DNA of 64,000 bases from Eledone cirrhosa (GCA_964016885.1 OZ024748.1:15810001-15874000), one strand, 5' to 3'. Positions 12,092 to 26,029 are shown, counted from the first letter of the stretch. A program made the numbers and translations. Notes: generated by a model from the letters alone, not told the origin.

Positions 12092-13369
12092 AAATATATA
12101 TATATATATTTAATGTATATATATATATATATATATACACACACATATTTATGCACAACAAAGTGTATATTGGAATTGGAAAATATAAGATGAATTTCAT
12201 GTAGATAAAACTACAGCTTTTCTTTTATAAGCCTTCTTGTGAAAATAAACATTTTGTTATCCCACACACCATACATAGGAAATCGTTTTTACATGTTTCA
12301 CAGTTTATTGGATGTTCATTATATGAGAAATATCCTTAACTTTTTACTAACCAGGCCAAAACTGGCTCTGGTTCTAAGAAACAAAACCACCCATTTTAAA
12401 GGTTTCCAATTCATATTTAAATCTTCCAACATAATTTTATAAGAACATTACATTAAGATACTATCTTAGTAATGAAATAATAATTTCAGTAAATTCCTCA
12501 AAATTCTTCATTAATTAATTAAAATAGAGTGTATTTCATTAGAAATGCAGTCATTAAAGGGTTCAGCACTGGATTTTATGTAATCAACTTTCCTCTCCTC
12601 ACAAAATTGCTGGCCTTGTGACTAAACTTGAAACAGCTAGGATTATATTTTCCAAATTCATTTATGATTATTATTATTATTCATATAACTACAGGATACA
12701 AGAATTAATTCTCCTAGATCTCCCGCCCCCCCAAAAAAAGAAAATCTAAAATCCACAGAAATATATTTCAAAATATCACTAAATATATATTTTTATATAG
12801 AAATATATATTTTGAATATTTTCTAACCAAAAGGTAGGTTAGAATTATCACTTTAGAATGGGAAATTTTCTATACATAAATGCCAGCCTTAGAAAAGTAC
12901 ATTTAAAAATAATAACCATGAAATTTTTGAGATACATATATCGTTTTAGTTTTTAATATTCTTGTATTGCTGATTTTTTCTTCTTTTTTTATGGGGGGAG
13001 AGGGGGTCATGTTTTGCTACTAGCGATAGTTTTCGTGACACTCACATAACTTTGTTGCAGATAAAATAGAAAATAATTTAAAACAAGACGCTTCAACAAA
13101 CTCAATGATGTTAAATAATTTCTTCAAGGTTGTAGCATGGAAAAAATATAAAAAAATATATAGAAATAAACTAACAAACAAGGACAAAAAAACAAAAAAC
13201 TAAAAAAAATGTAAATTGTTTTATCATTCCTATGTTATTCTATTCATGAGACAATCATTAAATTTGATGTCAGTCAGAAGAGACAGGTGGTGGTGTGGTG
13301 GTGGAAATCAATCAGAAAATATTAGAACGAGAGAGAGAGAAAAATCCACAATCCTTTATTTTCCTAAGC

Positions 13370-14165
13370 AATAAGAAAATAAAATAAAAAATAAAATAAA
13401 AAGTTTAAAAAAATAAAATAAAAAATAAAAGAAAAAATAAAAGAAAAAATAAAAGAAAAAATAAAAGAAAAAATAAAAGAAAAAATAAAAGAAAAAAGAA
13501 AAAATAAAAGAAAAAATAAAATAAAAAATAAAAGAAAAAGAAACGAAAAAAAAAATAAAAAATAAAAGAAAAAATAAAAGAAAAAATAAAAGAAAAAATA
13601 AAAGAAAAAAAAGAAAAAATAAAAGAAAAAATAAAAGAAAAAATAAAAGAAAAAATAAAAAAAAATAAAAGAAAAAATAAAAGAAAAAATAAAAGAAAAA
13701 ATAAAAGAAAAAATAAAAGAAAAAATAAAAGAAAAAATAAAAGAAAAAATAAAAGAAAAAATAAAAGAAAAAAATAAAAGAAAAAATAAAAGAAAAAATA
13801 AAAGAAAAAATAAAAGAAAAAATAAAAGAAAAAATAAAAGAAAAAATAAAAGAAAAAATAAAAGAAAAAAAAAATAATAATAAATAAAAATAAATAAAAT
13901 AAAAAAAAAGAAAAGAGAAAAAGACAAGAGAAAAAGACAAGAAAAAAGAAAAGAAAAGAAAACTAGTTGAAAAACTAGATGAAAAAGTAAATGAAAAAGT
14001 AAATGAACAAGTAAATGAAAAAGTAAATGAAAAAGTAAATGAAAAAGTAAATGAAAAAGTAAATGAAAAAGTAAATGAAAAGGTAGATGAAAGTAGAGGA
14101 AATTAGATGAAAAACTAGATGAATGTAGATGGAAAACTAGATGAAAGTAAATGAAAGTAGCAGAA
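13370..14165. repeat. A-rich 12-bp tandem repeats (AAAATAAAAGAA, then AAATGAAAAAGT)
   Basis: Direct reading; explains the F/L-rich minus-strand ORFs. Confidence 0.95.
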
Positions 14166-14180
14166 AGTAGAGGAAAGTAT

Positions 14181-14260
14181 ATTCTGATGAAAGACAAACA
14201 TCTGAAACATTAAGACTTTTCCTACTATATCAAACAAACTAATATATCTTCATATTGTAC
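14181..14260 (+). mobile_element. Degenerate minimal hammerhead-bearing repeat (same family as 31860-31956 and 56381-56460)
   Basis: 'ttctgatgaaagacaaacatctgaaacattaagact..cctactatatcaa..ctaatatat'. Confidence 0.5.
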
Positions 14261-14629
14261 ACTCATTTCCATGTGTTATTTATTCATTCAGTCTGTGTAC
14301 ACACATGTGTATGATTTCATCCTTGTGTAAGTTTATATGTGTTTTTATTTTGTTCAGGACAGCTAAATTGCTTGATTTAAAAACAAAGAGTACTGGGATT
14401 GACAAGAGTGACTAAAATCAAAATGGTGCCCCAGCATGGCAACAGAAACCAGTAAATGAACAAATATAAGAACAACACTACTTTACCTTTAATTAATTCA
14501 TAAATGATTCAGATATGTTAATAATTTAGGGAAGATTGATTTAAAACGCTATCTATTAAAAGGCATTAAAAGTCAGCTCTGTATAAAAAATGACATGGAA
14601 TCTGAATAAATATCTCTTTTACATTTTAT

Positions 14630-14741
14630 TCTATGTAATGATTGGTTGTTGTAGGGAGTGGGACAGGGGAATTATCTTCAGTAGGTCTATGTAATGATTG
14701 GTTGTTGTAGGGAGTGGGACAGGGGAATTATCTTCAGTAGG
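14630..14741. repeat. Perfect 56-bp tandem duplication
   Basis: The unit 'tctatgtaatgattgg...tcttcagtagg' occurs at 14630-14685 and 14686-14741. Confidence 0.9.
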
Positions 14742-15008
14742 GTTTCAGTTTGAAGAAAGAAAAAATAAAAAAAGGAAATGAAGGAAAAGACGAAATAGAA
14801 TTAATTAGTTTTACATCATGTAAGAAGAGTTTATCATTTTTAAAGGTCATTATGTTCCTCATTTATCTTTATATATATGTCTGTGTGCATATATATATAT
14901 ATATATACATACACATATACACACATGCATACATACATATATATATATGTGTATATATATATTATGGAATACTGTTGGCTTCTTGCTACAATACTTTCTA
15001 TACCTTTC

Positions 15009-15058
<50 letters not shown>

Positions 15059-15409
15059 GTGTGTGTTGATATATATATTTGAATACACAATATTTATATA
15101 TATTATATATATATATATATTTGAATACACAATGTTTATATATATTATATATATTATATATATATATATTATATATATTATATATATATATAGATATATA
15201 TATATGTATTTTATTTAAGTATATATATACATATTTACATTTAAATACATTATAAATATATACAAACACACACACACACATACACACAGATATACATATG
15301 CGTGTGTTTGTCAACATATATGTGTGTGTGTGTGTTTATATATATATCCTCGGGCAAGGTTCTATGTTTTCCTATGTTGGCATGAGCTGGACATCACCAT
15401 TTGAGGCAG

Positions 15410-16462
15410 TATTGGTGGTAGTTGTCATGGTAGTGGTAGTAGTGGTAGTGGTGACGGTTGTGGTGGCAGGGTGGTGGTGGTGGGGAAGTGGTGGTGGTGG
15501 GTTATTGTGACAGTGGTTGTGGTGGCAGGGTGGTGGTGGTGGGGAAGTGGTGGGTTATTGTGACAGTGGTTGTGGTGGCAGGGTGGTGGTGGTGGGGAAG
15601 TGGTGGTGGTGGGGAAGTGGTGGTGGTGGGGAAGTGGTGGTGGTGGCTTATTGTGACAGTGGTTGTGATGGCAGGGTGGTGGTGAAGTGGTGGTGGTGGC
15701 AGGGCGATGATGGTGGCAGGGTGGTGATGGTGGGGAAGTGGTGGTGGTGGCAGGGCGATGATGGTGGGGAAGTGGTGGTGGTGGGTTATTGTGACAGTGG
15801 TTGTGGTGGGAGGGCGGTGGTGGTGGGGAAGCGTGGTGGTGGGTTATTGTGACAGTGGTTGTGGTGGCAGGGTGGTGGTGGTGGGGAAGTGGTGGTGGTG
15901 GCAGGGCGATGATGGTGGCAGGGTGGTGATGGTAAGGAAGTGAGGGTGGTGGGTTATTGTGACAGTGGTTGTGGTGGCAGGGCGGGGTGGGTTATTGTGA
16001 CAGTGGTTGTGGTGGCAGGGCGGGGGTGGCTTATTGTGACAGTGGTTGTGGTGGCAGGGCAGGGGTGGCTTATTGTGACAGTGGTGGCAGGGTGGGGGTG
16101 GGTTATTGTGACAGTGGTTGTGGTGGCAGGGCAGGGGTGGCTTATTGTGACAGTGGTGGCAGGGTGGGGGTGGGTTATTGTGACAGTGGTGGTGGTGGTG
16201 GGTTATTGTGACAGTGGTTGTGGTGGCAGGGCGGGGGTGGGTTATTGTGACAGTGGTTGTGGTGGCAGGGCGGTGGTGGTGGCAGGGCGGTGGTAGTGGC
16301 AGGGCGGTGGTGGGTTATTGTGACAGTGGTTGTGGTGGCAGGGCGGTGGTGGTGGCAGGGCAGTGGTGGGTTTTTGTGACAGTGGTTGTGGTGGCAGGGT
16401 GGTGGTGGGGAAGTGGTGGTGGTGGGGAAGCAGTGGTGGTGGGGAATTAGTGGTGGTGGGGT
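15410..16462. repeat. G-rich minisatellite (ggttattgtgacagtggttgtggtggcaggg mixed with (GGT)n)
   Basis: Direct reading; strong strand asymmetry. Confidence 0.95.
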
Positions 16463-16798
16463 TGTGCTGATATTTGATATGATGGCAGTAAAAGAGGCAA
16501 ATCACTTCATTACTGTGTAAAGACACGGTTAAGTTTCTCAAACTAGAAACATTTAACTTTGTAATAAGGATTATTATTTAACCAGTAGTAGTAGTAATAG
16601 TAGTAGTAGTAGTAGTAGTAGTAATAGTAGTAGTAATAGTAGTAGTAAACTACTAGAATCAGATCTGATATTTAAGTAGGTGATAACATGGATCTACATA
16701 CAGATGTACAAATGAACAGATGTACAAATGAACAGATGTACAAATATATGGACAGTCATATGTACATATATATCTACATATACATGTATGTATCTATC

Positions 16799-16842
<44 letters not shown>

Positions 16843-16859
16843 CATACAAACATACATAT

Positions 16860-17183
16860 ATGCACACATGCATAAACACCTGCATTCACACATACACACA
16901 TGTACACACACATACCTACACATGTACACACACATGCATACACATGTACACACACATGCATACACATGTACACACACATGCATACACATGTACACACACA
17001 TGCATACACATGTACACATACACATGTACACACACATGTACACATATACATACACATGTACACATATACATACACATGTACACATATACATACACATGTA
17101 CACATATACATACACATGTACACATACACATGTACACATATACATACACATGTACACATACTTACACATGTACATACATACAC
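16860..17183. repeat. CA/TA-derived minisatellite (tacacatgtacacatataca)
   Basis: Direct reading. Confidence 0.9.
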
Positions 17184-17624
17184 ATAATATTGCTGACGCA
17201 TGCAATACAACTCAGAAATATGAAAACTTTTCGATGCATTTAATAATGTTTATTGGCAAAATTACCAGATTTAAATCTTAATTGCAAATTTCAAATTTCT
17301 AAGTCCAATAATATTTAAAATATGCTGAAATATATCTTGATTATAGTTTTATTCCAAGAAATACAAGATTTTCTTTTATAGTCCTACATATATTGAGATA
17401 TGGAGTTAAATAGTTGAAGTGTGTATTTAATATTAAGTGATTTCTAAATATATTTCATATCAATTACTGACGATGCAATAATTCTACCTCAACTTCTACC
17501 TCAAGTATTTTATCACTAAATGTAATTACAATATGCTAACAATTTTATGTTAATGTTCCAGCTTATTCATTCTCAAAGTCGTTATTTAACAGAAGTGGAG
17601 AAGGTTTTTTTCTTGTTTGATTTT

Positions 17625-18177
17625 TACCCTCTCTCTTCCTCTAAATCTTTATCTATCTCTTCCCCCTATCTCTCTCTTTCTCTCCCCCTATCTATCTCTC
17701 TATATATATCTCTTTCTCTCCCCCTATCTCTCTCCTATCTAACTCTCCTATCTCTCTCCCTCTGTTTATCTCTATCTCTCCCCCTATCTCTCTCCCTATC
17801 TCTCTCTCCTATCTCTCTCCCTCTGTTTATCTCTATCTCTCCCCCTATCTCTCTCTTTCTCTCCCCTATCTCTCTCTCTATATATATATCTTTCTCTCCC
17901 CTATCTAACTCTCCTATCTCTCTCCCTCTGTTTATCTCTATCTCTCCCCCTATCTCTCTCTTTCTCTCCCCAATCTCTCTCTCTATATATATCTTTCTTT
18001 CTCTCCCCCTATCTCTCTCCTATCTAACTCTCCTATCTCTCTCCCTCTGTTTATCTCTAGCTCTCCCCCTATCTCTCTCTTTCTCTCCCCTATCTCTCTT
18101 TCTCTCCCCCTATCTCTCTCCTATCTAACTCTCCCATCTCTTTCCCTCTGTTTATCTCTATCTATCTCTCTCCCTCT
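17625..18177. repeat. CT-rich complex tandem repeat
   Basis: Recurring 'ctccccctatctctctc' and 'ccctctgtttatctct'. Confidence 0.9.
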
Positions 18178-18610
18178 ATGACAGACAGGATCAGACCACA
18201 TCTCATATATGCTTACCTTTGTTTCTCTCTCTCACTCACTACCTCTGCCTATCTACCTCTATATCACTCTTTCTATTCTTCTCTATTTTCCTCTCCTTCA
18301 GACCATAATTTCCTTATAAACATTTATCTCACTATTGCTGATCACAAATCAATGAAGTGGAGGGGTGAGGACTCTGTGTGGTGGCTTCACATAGTAACCA
18401 TATCTCCTTCAAATCTAATCCTACCATTGTGAACACACACACACACACATATGTATATATATACACACACACACACAACAATATATAACTATATATAGAA
18501 TTATATTGAATCCTTGTCAACAGTTAGGATTCTATCATTTCATAAACTAAACATCAAATCATACCCTACCATTGCTAACACACACACACACGCATATATC
18601 CATATCTATC

Positions 18611-18655
<45 letters not shown>

Positions 18656-18879
18656 ATAGCTCAGAACACATACCACATGACCCATTCATCACTTCCTGTT
18701 TTAAAAAACAAACACCACATTTAGATATTAAAATGCCTATATAACAACTCAAGATGTCATGCTATTTTGATGAAGGGAATTTATGCCGAAATATTAAGGA
18801 CCAATTACATACTTACAAGGTAACATTTCAAGAACTGTTATCAATGCATCAGACAACTTGTTTTGTGGTATAAAGCAAT

Positions 18880-19230
18880 GGCCCTTTACATTCTGAGTTC
18901 AAATCCCGCCAAAGTTAGCTTTGCCTTTCATCCTTATAGGGTTGATAAAGTACCAGTAATGTATTGGGGTCGACTTAATCGACTTTCTCCTCTATCAAAA
19001 TAGTTGACCTTGTCCCTAAACCAGAAACCATTATTATTAATGTTCGGTGGATTGGCAGTATCGGTAGAGGGTCGGACGCCATGCTTTCCAGCATAGTTAC
19101 GTCCCTTTACGATCTGAGTTCAAATCCCGCCGAGGTTGACTGCCTTTCATCCTTACGGGGTCGATAAAATAAAGTACCAGTAATGCACTGGGTAATTGCT
19201 GGCCTTGTGCCTAAAGTAGAAACAATTATT
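18880..19230 (+). mobile_element. SINE family A tandem pair (long-tail then short-tail)
   Basis: Two gttcaaatcccgcc B-boxes, each followed by the central block. Confidence 0.9.
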
Positions 19231-19339
19231 CTATTTTCATTGATGGACAGTAGTAATTTCAATGTCCAAATGTCAGCCGCCAATGGAATATGTTGCACAC
19301 ACCTGCTGTAGATGATCACAATAGCTTGGACGATAAAAA

Positions 19340-19815
19340 ATCTTCAAGACTCCTTTGCCTACATATTTCTGTGAGGGTCAAACACTTCTTTCAGCATGTC
19401 CTGTCAGAAGCAACCATCTCCAATTCAGCTGGCTGGATCACCATGCGAGACTATCCAAGCTCATGGATGTTATCCAGGCATCTTGCTTGGAGCCTACCCC
19501 TGGGTCTCCAGCCAGTTGGAACAAAAATTTGCTAATCTTCTTCTTTGCCCACTTATTCCTGGGACAGTCATGAGAGCAGAGTCTTCAAACACCCTGTCCC
19601 ATCAGAAGTAACCATCTCCAATAGATCAAGTTGGATCAATGCGAGACTAGTCAAACTCATGGATGTTAACCAACCATCTTGCTCTCCTGCCAGTTGGTTT
19701 TTGCCTGGAAAATCTGTCCAGCAATTCTTTCCTGGGACATTCTAACGACACGTCCATTGTATCTGTGCTGTGATCTCTCAATTCAGAGAAGCAGCAACAG
19801 CTCTACTTGGAGTGA
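19340..19815 (-). mobile_element. Decayed RTE-type LINE 3' end with an internal duplication
   Basis: Minus strand 'ccaactggctggagacccaggggtaggctccaagcaagatgcctggataacatc' (PTG.RPRGR...DNI); homologous to 37450-37860 and 60615-60850. Confidence 0.65.
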
Positions 19816-19937
19816 CCTTTTGTTTTTAAATTTAAAGGGTGAATGGTTGTGCAAAGGATAACAAAGAAAACAAGACATCCTTTTCTTTAAATAAATAAAC
19901 ATTTTTTTTTACACATTTGTCAAAATATACAGTAAAA

Positions 19938-19973
<36 letters not shown>

Positions 19974-20141
19974 ATTTAAATCCGAGCACACGACATGGAA
20001 AAATCGCTATATCCTTGGTTGTCCGCTGGAGAGCACCACAATCTCTGTGATATGTATATAATATGCAAATACACACACACATATATATATATGTATTATA
20101 AGTGGGTTTGTGTACATTGAGACACACACATGCATACACAT

Positions 20142-20173
<32 letters not shown>

Positions 20174-20389
20174 GCCGTCTAACCCATGCTAGCGTGGAAG
20201 AACGGACGTAAAACGGTGATGATGATGATGATATATAATACTAAGTCATTGATGGAAAAGAATATTAGTTTTCATGTGTTCAGGGGTCTGATATATGCAA
20301 ATAAGCCATTAAGTAGGCAACATATAACAACAACAACATAGTGTTTAAGAGATTTGGTTGTGTTAGTAATAAGTAGTACATTACCAAAT

Positions 20390-21128
20390 AAGAGAGATGA
20401 CTAGAGAGAGGGAAAGAGAGAGAGATGACTAGAGAGAGGGAAAGAGAGAGAGATGACTAGAGAGAGGGAAAGAGAGAGAGAGAGATGACTAGAGAGAGAG
20501 AGATGACGAGAGAGGGGGAAAGAGAGAGAGAGCTGACTAGAGACGGAAAGAGGGAGAGGGAAAGAGAGAGAGACGGCTAGAGAGAGGGAAAGAGAGAGAC
20601 GGCTAGAGAGAGTGAGAGAGAGGGAGTGAGGGAGAAGGAGTGAGTGACAGCAATGATGAAAGAGAGAGAGAGTGAGGGAGAGGGAGTGAGTGACAGCAAT
20701 GGTGAGAGTGAGGGAGAGAGAGTGAGGGAGAAGGAGTGAGTGACAGCAATGGTGAGAGAGAGTGAGGGAGAGGGAGTGACAGCAATGATGAGAGAGAGAG
20801 AGTGAGGGAGAGGGAGTGAGTGACAGCAATGATGAGAGAGAGGGAGAGGGAGAGGGAGTGACAGCAATGGTGAGAGAGTGAGGGAGAGGGAGTAAGTGAC
20901 AGAAATGGTGAGAGAGTGAGGGAGAGGGAGTGAGTGACAGCAATGATGAGAGGGAGAGGGAGTGAGTGACAGCAATGGTGAGAGAGTGAGGGAGAGGGAG
21001 TAAGTGACAGCAATGGTGAGAGAGAGGGAGAGAGAGTGAGGTAGAGGGAGTGAGTGACAGCAATGGTGAGAGAGAGTGTGAGGGAGAGGGCGTGAGTGAC
21101 AGCAATGGTGAGAGAGAGAGAGAGAAAG
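20390..21128. repeat. GA-rich minisatellite (gagggagagggagtgagtgacagcaatggtgagaga)
   Basis: Direct reading. Confidence 0.95.
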
Positions 21129-21413
21129 AGCTATTAATGCTAAAAACTGCTTGAAACCAATTATTAGTCAGTCTAAGTAAGTATTAAAAAATCCTTTTAA
21201 CTGAATAACATTAATATTAGAGCTGGAAGGATAGATATTAGGAGAGTTTGTATTTATTATTTGATGTTATACCAAGCTTATTTATCATCATCACCACCAT
21301 CAGCATCATTATTGTAAGTCTATTTTTCATGCTTGCATGGGTTAGATGGGTTGTCGTATTCTGAGACTAAACAGGTAAAATGACTATGTGTTGCTCGTAT
21401 GTCCCATTTTGAC

Positions 21414-24400
21414 ATGGTCCTTCCCAACACCACATGGTCCTTCCAAACACCACCACAGCACAATCCTTCTAAACACCACAGTACCATCCTTCCAAACACC
21501 ACAGTACCATCCTTCCAAACACCACAGTACCATCCTTCCAAACACCACAGTACCATCCTTCCAAACACCACAGTACCATCCTTCCAAACACCACAGTACC
21601 ATCCTTCCAAACACCACAGTACGATCCTTCCAAACACCACAGTACCATCCTTCCAAACACCACAGTACGATCCTTCCAAACACCACAGTACCATCCTTCC
21701 AAACACCACAGTACCATCCTTCCAAACACCACAGTACCATCCTTCCAAACACCACCGTGCCATCCTTCCAAACACCACCGTGCCATCCTTCCAAACACCA
21801 CCGTGCCATCCTTCCAAACACCACCGTACCATCCTTCCAAACACCACCGTACCATCCTTCCAAACACCACAGTACCATCCTTCCAAACACCACAGTACCA
21901 TCCTTCCAAACACCACAGTACCATCCTTCCAAACACCACAGTACCATCCTTCCAAACACCACAGTACGATCCTTCCAAACACCACAGTACCATCCTTCCA
22001 AACACCACAGTACCATCCTTCCAAACACCACAGTACGATCCTTCCAAACACCACAGTACCATCCTTCCAAACACCACAGTACCATCCTTCCAAACACCAC
22101 AGTACCATCCTTCCAAACACCACAGTACCATCCTTCCAAACACCACAGTACCATCCTTCCAAACACCACAGTACCATCCTTCCAAACACCACAGTACCAT
22201 CCTTCCAAACACCACAGTACGATCCTTCCAAACACCACAGTACCATCCTTCCAAACACCACAGTACCATCCTTCCAAACACCACAGTACCATCCTTCCAA
22301 ACACCACAGTACCATCCTTCCAAACACCACAGTACCATCCTTCCAAACACCACAGTACGATCCTTCCAAACACCACAGTACGATCCTTCCAAACACCACA
22401 GTACCATCCTTCCAAACACCACAGTACGATCCTTCCAAACACCACAGTACGATCCTTCCAAACACCACAGTACCATCCTTCCAAACACCACAGTACCATC
22501 CTTCCAAACACCACAGTACCATCCTTCCAAACACCACCGTGCCATCCTTCCAAACACCACCGTGCCATCCTTCCAAACACCACCGTGCCATCCTTCCAAA
22601 CACCACCGTACCATCCTTCCAAACACCACAGTACCATCCTTCCAAACACCACAGTACCATCCTTCCAAACACCACAGTACCATCCTTCCAAATACCACAG
22701 TACCATCCTTCCAAACACCACAGTACGATCCTTCCAAACACCACAGTACCATCCTTCCAAACACCACAGTACCATCCTTCCAAACACCACAGTACCATCC
22801 TTCCAAACACCACAGTACCATCCTTCCAAACACCACAGTACCATCCTTCCAAACACCACCATGCCATCCTTCCAAACACCACCGTGCCATCCTTCCAAAC
22901 ACCACAGTACCATCCTTCCAAACACCACAGTACCATCCTTCCAAACACCACAGTACCATCCTTCCAAACACCACCGTGCCATCCTTCCAAACACCACAGT
23001 ACCATCCTTCCAAACACCACAGTACCATCCTTCTAAATACCACAGTACGATCCTTCCAAACACCACAGTACCATCCTTCCAAACACCACAGTACCATCCT
23101 TCCAAACACCACAGTACCATCCTTCCAAACACCACAGTACCATCCTTCCAAACACCACAGTACCATCCTTCCAAATACCACAGTACGATTCTTCCAAACA
23201 CCACAGTACGATTCTTCCAAACACCACAGTACCATCCTTCCAAACACCACAGTACCATCCTTCCAAACACCACAGTACCATCCTTCCAAACACCACAGTA
23301 CCATCCTTCCAAACACCACAGTACCATCCTTCCAAACACCACAGTACCATCCTTCCAAACACCACAGTACCATCCTTCCAAACACCACAGTACCATCCTT
23401 CCAAACACCACAGTACCATCCTTCCAAACACCACAGTACGATCCTTCCAAACACCACAGTACGATCCTTCCAAACACCACAGTACCATCCTTCCAAACAC
23501 CACAGTACCATCCTTCCAAACACCACAGTACCATCCTTCCAAACACCACCGTGCCATCCTTCCAAACACCACCGTGCCATCCTTCCAAACACCACCGTAC
23601 CATCCTTCCAAACACCACAGTACCATCCTTCCAAACACCACAGTACCATCCTTCCAAACACCACAGTACCATCCTTCCAAATACCACAGTACCATCCTTC
23701 CAAACACCACAGTACCATCCTTCCAAACACCACAGTACCATCCTTCCAAACACCACAGTACCATCCTTCCAAACACCACAGTACCATCCTTCCAAACACC
23801 ACAGTACCATCCTTCCAAACACCACCATGCCATCCTTCCAAACACCACCGTGCCATCCTTCCAAACACCACAGTACCATCCTTCCAAACACCACAGTACC
23901 ATCCTTCCAAACACCACAGTACCATCCTTCCAAACACCACCGTGCCATCCTTCCAAACACCACAGTACCATCCTTCCAAACACCACAGTACCATCCTTCT
24001 AAATACCACAGTACGATCCTTCCAAACACCACAGTACCATCCTTCCAAACACCACAGTACCATCCTTCCAAACACCACAGTACCATCCTTCCAAACACCA
24101 CAGTACCATCCTTCCAAACACCACAGTACCATCCTTCTAAATACCACAGTACGATTCTTCCAAACACCACAGTACCATCCTTCCAAACACCACAGTACCA
24201 TCCTTCCAAACACCACAGTACCATCCTTCCAAACACCACAGTACCATCCTTCCAAACACCACAGTACCATCCTTCCAAACACCACAGTACCATCCTTCCA
24301 AACACCACAGTACCATCCTTCCAAACACCACAGTACCATCCTTCCAAACACCACAGTACCATCCTTCCAAACACCACAGTACCATCCTTCTAAATACCAC

Positions 24401-24586
24401 AGTACGATCCTTCCAAACACCACAGTACCATCCTTCCAAACACCACAGTACGATCCTTCCAAACACCACAGTACGATCCTTCCAAACACCACAGTACCAT
24501 CCTTCCAAACACCACAGTACCATCCTTCCAAACACCACAGTACCATCCTTCCAAACACCACCACACAGTCCTTCCTAACACCACAG
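21414..24586. repeat. 23-bp satellite (ccatccttccaaacaccacagta), roughly 135 copies, with higher-order structure
   Basis: Homogeneous core ~21463-24560; diagnostic variant units recur 966 bp (42 units) apart. Confidence 0.97.
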
Positions 24587-24599
24587 AAACTACTTCACA

Positions 24600-25240
24600 A
24601 TCTGTACTGGATTAATTTTACCATGGCACCAGCTCTACTACTTTACAGAAAAATTGGGTTAGGTGTATTTTATTGTAGGCCCAGCTAGCTTTGACACTTT
24701 ACAGGGTGTACCAGGTTCATTTTGTAGCTCTAACTCTACCACTATAGTGAAGATACTCAGTGCTTTCTATGGCACCAGCACTGCCAATGTATAGAGTACT
24801 TGGTGCATCATCTTATTGTGGCCCCAGCACCGCCACGTTGTTGAGTGTACTGGGTTCATTTTATGACACCAGCACCACAACTATACAGAATGTACTGGGT
24901 ACATTTTAATTTTGAAACAACACTAGCATTTTACAGAGTGTACTGGGTGTATTTTATCATAGAACTAGCATCACCACTTTCAAGAGTGCCCTGGGTTTCT
25001 TTTGTGGCACCAACACAAACACCTTACAAAGTATACTGTGTGTATTTTAATCACAGCACCAGTACTGAGTACTGTCACTTTACAGAGTGTACTGGGTGTA
25101 TTTTATCACAGCACCAGCACTTTACAGGGAGTAGTGGGTGCATTTTACCACAGTATCAGCACTACCACTTTACAGAGTGTACTGGGTACATTTTATCATA
25201 GCACCAGCACTACCGGGTATATTATATCACAGCACCAGCT
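24600..25240. repeat. Degenerate ~40-bp tandem repeat (cactttacagagtgtactgggtgtattttatcacagcacca), an expanded family-B SINE internal unit
   Basis: Resembles the internal 'cactttacagtgtgggctgggtgctttt' repeats of family B. Confidence 0.75.
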
Positions 25241-25344
25241 TAAGGAATGATACTAAAAATATTTAAAATGCCAGTATTGGCAATACTGGCAATTTTTGAT
25301 GTCATTCATTCTTTATTATTTGGTCATTTATTTTTCTTTGTAAG

Positions 25345-25500
25345 AAAGACCTGAATGAGAGAAATGGTAAAAGCTGATTTTGATTTCAAAATGCTGAACT
25401 TCACAGGAGAGATGAAAAGGGATGCAACAAGTGGAGACAAATCCATCAAACCCATGAAAAGATGGAAAAAAGAACGAGCATAAAATAATGAGGATGCTGC
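25345..25500 (+). mobile_element. Decayed RTE-type LINE 3' end
   Basis: 'aagacctgaatgagagaaatggtaaaagctga' and tail 'ccatcaaacccatgaaaagatggaaaaa'. Confidence 0.5.
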
Positions 25501-26029
25501 TGAGAAAACGCTTTTCTTTTTTTCTATGCTTTTTGCTTTCTTTTTTTCTTTTGCATACATGATGATGTTGATATTATTGGCTTACATAATGAAATTTTAA
25601 ATTTACATTATAAAAAAAATATATATAATGATCAATATTTATAAACTCTCTTCATAGGCAACCCATGAAGGATTTGTATAAATTATTCATCTTTGTAACA
25701 TCTAAAGGAAAAAAAAACAAAAAAAAAAACAAACAAACGAGTATTTGAATATTTATGCAATCCATGGAATAAAAATAAAAACAATCCCAAAGATGAATAG
25801 TGACACAATGTTATATTGACAAATAATTTGCAAGAAGATACACCAAGTTAATAAAAGTATTAACATTAGACAAGGTTATTCTTTTACCCTTTTACTGGTT
25901 TCTGTTATTAGACAGTGGCCATGCTGAGGTATCACCTTAAATGGGTTGAGTTGATCATATCAAACTCATTCTATATATTTTTTTTCAAATTCTGGTATAT
26001 ATTTTATTAATCTGTTTTGTCAAACAATG

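Noticed and set aside
13356-14197. Hydrophobic membrane-protein-like ORFs
   Set aside because: Translations of A-rich 12-bp repeats.
15298-16450. Cys/Gly-rich 'GYCDSGCGG' ORFs resembling keratin-associated or shell proteins
   Set aside because: Variable unit length shifts frame constantly and other frames hit stops; best explained as a non-coding minisatellite.
19044-19130. tRNA genes suggested by A/B boxes
   Set aside because: They are SINE heads followed by the shared central block and tail, with no complete cloverleaf.
21414-24586. CRISPR-like array
   Set aside because: Units are contiguous with no unique spacers, there are no cas genes, and the context is eukaryotic.
21320-24688. 566-1031-aa ORFs on both strands
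   Set aside because: They arise from a stop-free 23-bp satellite, and every frame of a strand gives the same 23-aa repeat; there is no domain or gene structure.
25269-25291. 11-bp-arm palindrome as a Helitron 3' hairpin or terminator
   Set aside because: No CTRR end or other Helitron features; short palindromes are expected by chance.
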